The translations under genes were made by a program, and so were the position numbers. Of a stretch of DNA of 55,502 bases, positions 49,465 to 55,502 are shown in pieces. The stretch is from Lachnospiraceae bacterium (GTDB taxonomy: Bacteria > Bacillota > Clostridia > Lachnospirales > Lachnospiraceae): positions 1-55,502 of the forward strand of contig JAGBNR010000142.1 of the NCBI GenBank assembly GCA_017634315.1, given 5' to 3'. The notes beneath the pieces were generated by a model. The model worked only from the letters and a program-made list of their open reading frames with translations, did not search any database and was not told where the DNA came from. The first letter of the stretch is position 1, and each line of letters begins with the position of its first letter.

Positions 49465-52400
49465 ATGAATAACAAAAGCAGGCGCGGTTTCTGTGCCGCA
49501 GAGCATGATGCATGCGGCATAGGGACTGTCGTAAACATAGACGGGCACAGGGACAACAGGGTCCTGTCCGATGCTCTGTCGATAGTGGAGAAGCTCGAGC
49601 ACAGGGCCGGAAAGGATGCGACCGGAGAGGTCGGAGACGGTGTAGGCATACTGCTGCAGATCTCCCACGGTTTTTTCAGCAAGGCTCTGGCTGAGTCAGG
49701 TCTTGAGGTCAAGGACGAGGGTGACTACGGCATAGGGATGTGCTTCCTGCCGTCTGACGAGCTGAAACGCACCTTTGCGAAAAGGATGCTGCAGGTCATC
49801 ACGGAGAAGGAGGGCATGAGATTCCTCGGATGGAGAAAGGTGCCGACAAAGCCCGGCATACTCGGAAAGGCTGCCGCGGACTGCATGCCTTCCATAGAGC
49901 AGTGTGTGATAGAGCGTCCGAAGAATGTCGATAAGGGGATAGATTTCGACCGCAGGCTGTATGTCATAAGACGGGAGTTTGAGCAGTCATCGGAGGATAC
50001 CTATATATGCTCGCTCTCGTCGAGGACGATAGTATATAAGGGGATGTTTCTCGTAGGGCAGCTGAGAGGCTTTTATGATGACCTCAGAGACGGGGACTAT
50101 GAGACAGCGATAGCCATAGTACATTCAAGGTTTTCGACCAACACCACACCTTCGTGGAACAGAGCTCATCCATACAGGATGATCGCTCACAACGGTGAGA
50201 TAAATACGATAAGAGGAAATGCCGACAGGATGCTCGCACGCGAGGAGACCATGCGGCCGGGTATCCTGAAGGATGATATCGATAAGATATATCCGGTGAT
50301 ATCATCATCGGGATCTGACTCGGCGATGCTCGACAACACTCTTGAATTCCTGTACATGAACGGCATGGAGCTGCCGCTTGCCATGATGATCACGATCCCT
50401 GAGCCATGGAAGCATGATGAATACATGGACAGGAACAGGCAGGATTTCTATCACTACTATGCCACCATGATGGAGCCATGGGACGGTCCCGCGGCGATCA
50501 TCTTTTCAGACGGTGAGATACTCGGTGCCACACTCGACCGTAACGGACTGAGACCGTCCAGATACTATGTGACGGATGACGGACGGCTGATACTCTCGTC
50601 CGAGGTGGGTGTCCTTGACATAGCTCCGGAGCATATAGTGAAGAAGTCGAGGCTCGAGCCCGGCAAGATGCTGCTCGTGGACACGAAGCAGAAACGGATA
50701 ATATCCGATGAAGAGTGCAAAAGCAGATATGCCGGACGCAGTCCATACGGAGAGTGGATCGACAGGAGTCTGCTTCATCTGTCAAGGCTTCCGATACCCA
50801 ACAAAAAGATAGAGACAAACGATCAGGAGATGAGGGACAAGCTGTACAAGGCATTCGGCTACAGCTATGAGGATGTCATGAAGCAGATACTGCCTATGGC
50901 TGAGAATGCCGTGGAGCAGACGGTGTCGATGGGACATGATGTACCTCTTGCCGTGCTGTCAAAGGAGCATCCGCTGCTCTTTGATTATTTCAAGCAGCTG
51001 TTCGCACAGGTCACCAATCCGCCCATAGATTCACTCAGGGAAAAGATAGTGACCGATACCACGATATACATAGGCTCTGACGGAGACCTGCTCAATGAGC
51101 AAAGCGACAACTGCAGAGTACTGGAGGTGAATCATCCGATACTGACCGGAGTGGATCTGCTTAAGATACGACATCTCGACAGACCGGGCTTTAAGACCGG
51201 AGTGATATCCATGCTCTACTATAAGAACACCTCGCTGGAGAAAGCTCTGGAGCAGCTGGATATAGCGGTAGACCGTGCCGTGGCGGAGGGCAGCAACATC
51301 ATCATACTCTCGGACAGAGGAGTGGATGAGAACCATGTGCCCATACCGTCGCTGCTCGCGGTGTCATCGGTGGAGCAGCACCTCGTCAGGACGAAGAAGA
51401 GGACTGCGGTATCGCTGATACTCGAGAGCGGTGAGCCCAGAGACGTACATCATATGGCAGCTCTTCTGGGCTTTGGAGCGAGAGCGATCAATCCGTATCT
51501 TGCGCATGAGTGCATAGCCGAGCTCATAGACAAGGGAATACTCGATAAGGATTATCATACTGCCATAGATGACTATAATACGGCACTTCTTTCCGGAGTG
51601 GTAAAGATCGCCGCCAAGATGGGCATATCCACCATACAGTCATATCAGTCGGCAAGGATATTTGAGGCCGTAGGTCTCTCAGAGGGAGTGATAGACCGGT
51701 ACTTCACCGGTACTGTCAGCCGTGTGGGAGGCATAGGTCTAAAGGAGATAGAAGAAGAGACAGCCTTCAGGCATGATCATGCCTTTGACCCTCTGGGACT
51801 GGGAGTGGATACATCCCTCGACTCTACGGGATTTCACAGCCTGAGGACGGGCAGGGACAAGGAGGATCATCTATACAATCCCGAGACTATAGTAAATCTG
51901 CAGCAGGCAGTAAGAAACGGAGACTATGAGCAGTTTAAGGTATATTCGGGTATGGTCGATGATGATACGAGACCGCATACACTGAGGGGGCTCCTTGATT
52001 TCGTACCGGTCGGGGAGAGCATACCCGTAGAGGATGTGGAATGCGTGGATGAGATCGTAAAGAGATTTCAGGTGGGAGCCATGTCATACGGCTCTCTTTC
52101 AAAGGAGGCTCATGAGACCATAGCTGTCGCGATGAACACGATAGGCGGCAGATCCAATACCGGTGAGGGCGGCGAGGATCCGAAACGCTTTGGCACCATA
52201 AGGAACTCCGCCGTAAAGCAGGTGGCATCCGGGAGGTTCGGTGTGACCTCGGCATACCTCGGATCTGCGAAAGAGATACAGATAAAGATGGCGCAGGGCG
52301 CGAAGCCCGGAGAGGGTGGTCATCTGCCGGGCAAAAAGGTGTACCCATGGGTGGCGAAGATAAGATGCTCCACACCCGGAGTGGCTCTGATATCGCCTCC

Positions 52401-53973
52401 GCCTCACCATGATATCTACTCCATAGAGGATCTTGCGGAGCTCATATACGATCTGAAGAACGCAAACCGGGACGCGAGGATATCGGTCAAGCTCGTATCG
52501 GAGACCGGTGTGGGTACCATAGCATCCGGCGTGGCAAAGGCGGGCGCAGGTCTCATACTCATATCGGGATATGACGGCGGCACCGGCGCGGCACCGTATT
52601 CATCGGTACACGGGGCAGGACTCCCATGGGAGCTCGGAGTGGCCGAGGCTCATCACAGTCTGATAGAAAACGGGCTGCGTGACAGGGTGGTGCTGGAGAC
52701 TGACGGCAAGCTGATGTCGGGCAGGGATGTGGCGATAGCGGCACTGCTCGGTGCAGAGGAGTATGGCTTTGCCACGGCTCCGCTCGTATGTATGGGCTGC
52801 ATGATGATGAGAGTATGCTCCAAGGATACCTGTCCTGCGGGGATAGCCACACAGAATGAGAAGCTGAGAAAAAGATTTGCCGGAAAGCCGGAATATATCA
52901 TCAACTTCATGCGCTTTATCGCTGAGGAGCTGAGAGAGATCATGGCATCGCTCGGCTTCAGCAGGGTGGAGGACATGATAGGACGCACGGACTGTCTGAA
53001 GGTAAGGGAAAAGCTCATGACGAACCGTGCGAAATGTGTGGATATGAGCTATATACTCGACCCCTCATACGCTAAAGCGGAAAAGAGACACTTCGAGCCC
53101 GGCAGTCTGTACGACTTTCATACGGAGCGCACACCTGATGAAAGGGTGCTGCTGCCCATGCTGGACAGTAAGAAGAAAAGCGTGAAGATAGAGGTATCCA
53201 GTACTGACAGGGCATTCGGCACGATATTCGGCTCCGAGGTAACGAAGAGATACGGACAGGACAAGCTGGCTGACGATACATATGTGATAGAAGCCGCCGG
53301 CGGAGGCGGACAGTCGTTTGGTGCATTCATACCCAAGGGAGTAACAGTCAGGCTCACGGGTGATGCGAACGACGGATTCGGTAAGGGTCTTTCCGGGGGA
53401 AAACTCATAGTGATTCCTCCTAAAGAATCAATATTCAGTGCTTCAGAAAATATCATCATTGGAAACGTTGCGCTCTATGGGGCGACCTCCGGAAAGGCTT
53501 ATGTATGCGGCATAGCGGGTGAGAGGTTCTGTGTAAGAAATTCGGGAGCCACAGCCGTATGCGAAGGTGTGGGTGATCACGGACTGGAGTATATGACGGG
53601 CGGCAGAGCGGTCATACTCGGACCCACGGGCAAGAACCTCGCGGCAGGTATGAGCGGCGGCATCGCCTACGTGCTGGACAGGGATCATCTGCTGTACAGA
53701 CGTATCAACAAGGACATGGTGAATATGGAGGAGCTCAGGGATAAGTATGATATCGAAGAGCTGCGGAGCATACTCGCCGACTATGAGAAGGAGACGGGGT
53801 CAGAGCTCGCCGGTGAGGTGCTGAGTCACTTTGAAGAGCATATATGTGACTTCAAGAAGATCATACCGCGTGACTATCAGAAGATGCTGACGGCGATAGG
53901 AAGATTTGAGGAGCAGGGGCTTTCGCGGGAGAATGCCGAGCTCGAGGCATTTGCAGCCGTGACAGCCGGTTGA
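49465..53973 (+). CDS. gltB: Glutamate synthase large subunit
   Basis: EHDACG, HSRFSTNT, EPWDGP, QGAKPGEGG, ISPPPHHDIYSIEDL, C.MMRVC...CP.G. Confidence 0.98.
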   Translation: MNNKSRRGFCAAEHDACGIGTVVNIDGHRDNRVLSDALSIVEKLEHRAGKDATGEVGDGVGILLQISHGFFSKALAESGLEVKDEGDYGIGMCFLPSDELKRTFAKRMLQVITEKEGMRFLGWRKVPTKPGILGKAAADCMPSIEQCVIERPKNVDKGIDFDRRLYVIRREFEQSSEDTYICSLSSRTIVYKGMFLVGQLRGFYDDLRDGDYETAIAIVHSRFSTNTTPSWNRAHPYRMIAHNGEINTIRGNADRMLAREETMRPGILKDDIDKIYPVISSSGSDSAMLDNTLEFLYMNGMELPLAMMITIPEPWKHDEYMDRNRQDFYHYYATMMEPWDGPAAIIFSDGEILGATLDRNGLRPSRYYVTDDGRLILSSEVGVLDIAPEHIVKKSRLEPGKMLLVDTKQKRIISDEECKSRYAGRSPYGEWIDRSLLHLSRLPIPNKKIETNDQEMRDKLYKAFGYSYEDVMKQILPMAENAVEQTVSMGHDVPLAVLSKEHPLLFDYFKQLFAQVTNPPIDSLREKIVTDTTIYIGSDGDLLNEQSDNCRVLEVNHPILTGVDLLKIRHLDRPGFKTGVISMLYYKNTSLEKALEQLDIAVDRAVAEGSNIIILSDRGVDENHVPIPSLLAVSSVEQHLVRTKKRTAVSLILESGEPRDVHHMAALLGFGARAINPYLAHECIAELIDKGILDKDYHTAIDDYNTALLSGVVKIAAKMGISTIQSYQSARIFEAVGLSEGVIDRYFTGTVSRVGGIGLKEIEEETAFRHDHAFDPLGLGVDTSLDSTGFHSLRTGRDKEDHLYNPETIVNLQQAVRNGDYEQFKVYSGMVDDDTRPHTLRGLLDFVPVGESIPVEDVECVDEIVKRFQVGAMSYGSLSKEAHETIAVAMNTIGGRSNTGEGGEDPKRFGTIRNSAVKQVASGRFGVTSAYLGSAKEIQIKMAQGAKPGEGGHLPGKKVYPWVAKIRCSTPGVALISPPPHHDIYSIEDLAELIYDLKNANRDARISVKLVSETGVGTIASGVAKAGAGLILISGYDGGTGAAPYSSVHGAGLPWELGVAEAHHSLIENGLRDRVVLETDGKLMSGRDVAIAALLGAEEYGFATAPLVCMGCMMMRVCSKDTCPAGIATQNEKLRKRFAGKPEYIINFMRFIAEELREIMASLGFSRVEDMIGRTDCLKVREKLMTNRAKCVDMSYILDPSYAKAEKRHFEPGSLYDFHTERTPDERVLLPMLDSKKKSVKIEVSSTDRAFGTIFGSEVTKRYGQDKLADDTYVIEAAGGGGQSFGAFIPKGVTVRLTGDANDGFGKGLSGGKLIVIPPKESIFSASENIIIGNVALYGATSGKAYVCGIAGERFCVRNSGATAVCEGVGDHGLEYMTGGRAVILGPTGKNLAAGMSGGIAYVLDRDHLLYRRINKDMVNMEELRDKYDIEELRSILADYEKETGSELAGEVLSHFEEHICDFKKIIPRDYQKMLTAIGRFEEQGLSRENAELEAFAAVTAG

Positions 53974-54030
53974 TCACAGCTTTGGCTCTTGTACAGTATA
54001 ACTCAACATACATAGAATCATGGAGGAAGT

Positions 54031-55502
54031 ATGGGAAAGGCAACAGGATTTCTTGAATATGAAAGGGAGAGCAACACGGATATTCCCGTAGATGAAAGGA
54101 TAAAGAATTTCGCTGAGTTTCATGTGCCGCTGGGTGATGAAAAGCGCAGGGAGCAGGGAGCGAGATGCATGGACTGCGGAGTGCCCTTCTGCCAGTCCGC
54201 AATGAAGCTTAAGGGTATGGTCACGGGCTGTCCGCTCCATAACCTTATCCCGGAATGGAACGATGCACTGTATCACGGACATACGGAGCACGCTCTGTCG
54301 AGGCTTATAAAGACCTCAAATTTCCCGGAGTTTACAGGCAGGGTTTGTCCGGCACTGTGCGAGAAAGCATGTATCAACGGTGAGTATGGCGAGCCGGTCA
54401 CCATACATGATAACGAGCTGTATATCATAGAGAGTGCCTTCGTAAACGGATATATAAAGCCCGTCATACCTAAGATAAGGAGCGGCAGGAGTGTAGCCGT
54501 GATAGGCTCGGGTCCTGCGGGACTGGCGGCAGCGGATGAGCTGAATCACAGAGGACACACTGTGACCGTATATGAGAGAGACGACAGGATAGGCGGTCTC
54601 CTGATGTACGGCATACCGAATATGAAGCTGGATAAATCCGTCATCATGAGAAGACAAAAGCTCATGGAGGAGGAGGGTGTAGTATTCAGGACAGGGATCG
54701 ATGTCGGAAAAGACATACAGGCATCGGAGCTGCTGAAGGAATATGACGCGATAGTGCTCGCCTGCGGAGCAAAGCAGGCAAGGGCTCTGTCCGGCGGCGA
54801 CCCGGAAAAGATAAAGGGGATATACTATGCCGTTGACTTCCTAAAGAGTACGACAAAGTCACTGCTTGATCGCGGAGGCAGGGCTGACAGGATCAGCACG
54901 GAGGAGTTTATGAAGGGCGGAGACTTTATCTCCGCAAGGGATAAGCATGTAGTCGTGGTAGGAGGCGGTGACACGGGAAATGACTGTATAGGCACAGTCA
55001 TAAGGCATGGCTGCAGATCCGTGACGGCACTTGAGATGATGCCCATGCCGCCCGTAGACAGGACAGCTGCAAATCCATGGCCGGAGTGGCCTAAGGTGTT
55101 AAAGACCGATTACGGTCATGAGGAGGCGATAGGGATCTTCGGACATGATCCGAGGATATATGAGACTACAGTAAAGGAATATATCACCGATAAGAAAGGC
55201 AGTCTTAAGAAGATAATCATATCAGGTGTCCGATTTAACGGACATAAGATGGAGCTCATAGAGGGAACGGAGAAAGAGCTGCCCTGCGATATGCTGCTGA
55301 TAGCGGCCGGCTTTACCGGATGCGAGAGATATACCGCTGATGCCTTCGGAGTCGCTCTTACGGAAAGAAACACCGTGAGTACCGGGAGCGACAGCTACCA
55401 TACTTCATGCGAAAAGATATTTACCGCCGGAGATATGCACAGAGGCCAGTCTCTCGTGGTATGGGCGATAGCAGAGGGCAGAGCCTGCGCCGCAGAGACA
55501 GA
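54031..55502 (+). CDS. gltD: Glutamate synthase small subunit, 3' end beyond the window
   Basis: Manual translation from ATG 54031 (GGAGG RBS): MGKATGFLEY, RCMDCGVPFC, GSGPAG, GGGDTG.DC, AGDMHRGQSLVVWAIAEGR. Confidence 0.95.
   Translation, partial: MGKATGFLEYERESNTDIPVDERIKNFAEFHVPLGDEKRREQGARCMDCGVPFCQSAMKLKGMVTGCPLHNLIPEWNDALYHGHTEHALSRLIKTSNFPEFTGRVCPALCEKACINGEYGEPVTIHDNELYIIESAFVNGYIKPVIPKIRSGRSVAVIGSGPAGLAAADELNHRGHTVTVYERDDRIGGLLMYGIPNMKLDKSVIMRRQKLMEEEGVVFRTGIDVGKDIQASELLKEYDAIVLACGAKQARALSGGDPEKIKGIYYAVDFLKSTTKSLLDRGGRADRISTEEFMKGGDFISARDKHVVVVGGGDTGNDCIGTVIRHGCRSVTALEMMPMPPVDRTAANPWPEWPKVLKTDYGHEEAIGIFGHDPRIYETTVKEYITDKKGSLKKIIISGVRFNGHKMELIEGTEKELPCDMLLIAAGFTGCERYTADAFGVALTERNTVSTGSDSYHTSCEKIFTAGDMHRGQSLVVWAIAEGRACAAET

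Overview
Chromosomal window from a Lachnospiraceae-type butyrate-producing Firmicute (taxon inferred from gene content and order). The left ~2.5 kb is the end of an integrated element: an unknown ORF and a tyrosine integrase abutting the 3' end of a tRNA-Met gene. The rest is mostly core genome: tig-clpP-clpX-engB followed by two COG0523-type genes and an FkbH-like gene; an SH3/NlpC-P60 hydrolase; hpf; a complete butyrate pathway (thl-crt-hbd-bcd-etfB-etfA, then ptb-buk) interrupted by an Rpn-family nuclease gene; secA-prfB; hom; FMN riboswitch-ribU; tsaE-tsaB-rimI-rnz-tsaD; three GT-C-like membrane proteins; ispD; an SGNH/MBOAT pair; and glnA(III)-gltB-gltD (truncated by the window end). The most unusual signals are non-coding: (1) the Rpn gene has a Shine-Dalgarno-sequestering leader hairpin and an internal in-frame start; (2) a family of structure-conserved, sequence-variable palindromes topped by CCAC(T/C)GG, one of which interrupts the D-loop of a broken tRNA-Met copy; (3) hairpins that overlap stop codons, several 60-72 bp tandem duplications and a recurrent (G)TAACTGTTCA motif; (4) prfB lacks its programmed frameshift; (5) two ANTAR-like attenuators precede glnA. 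All annotations are by eye from motifs; no database searches were run.
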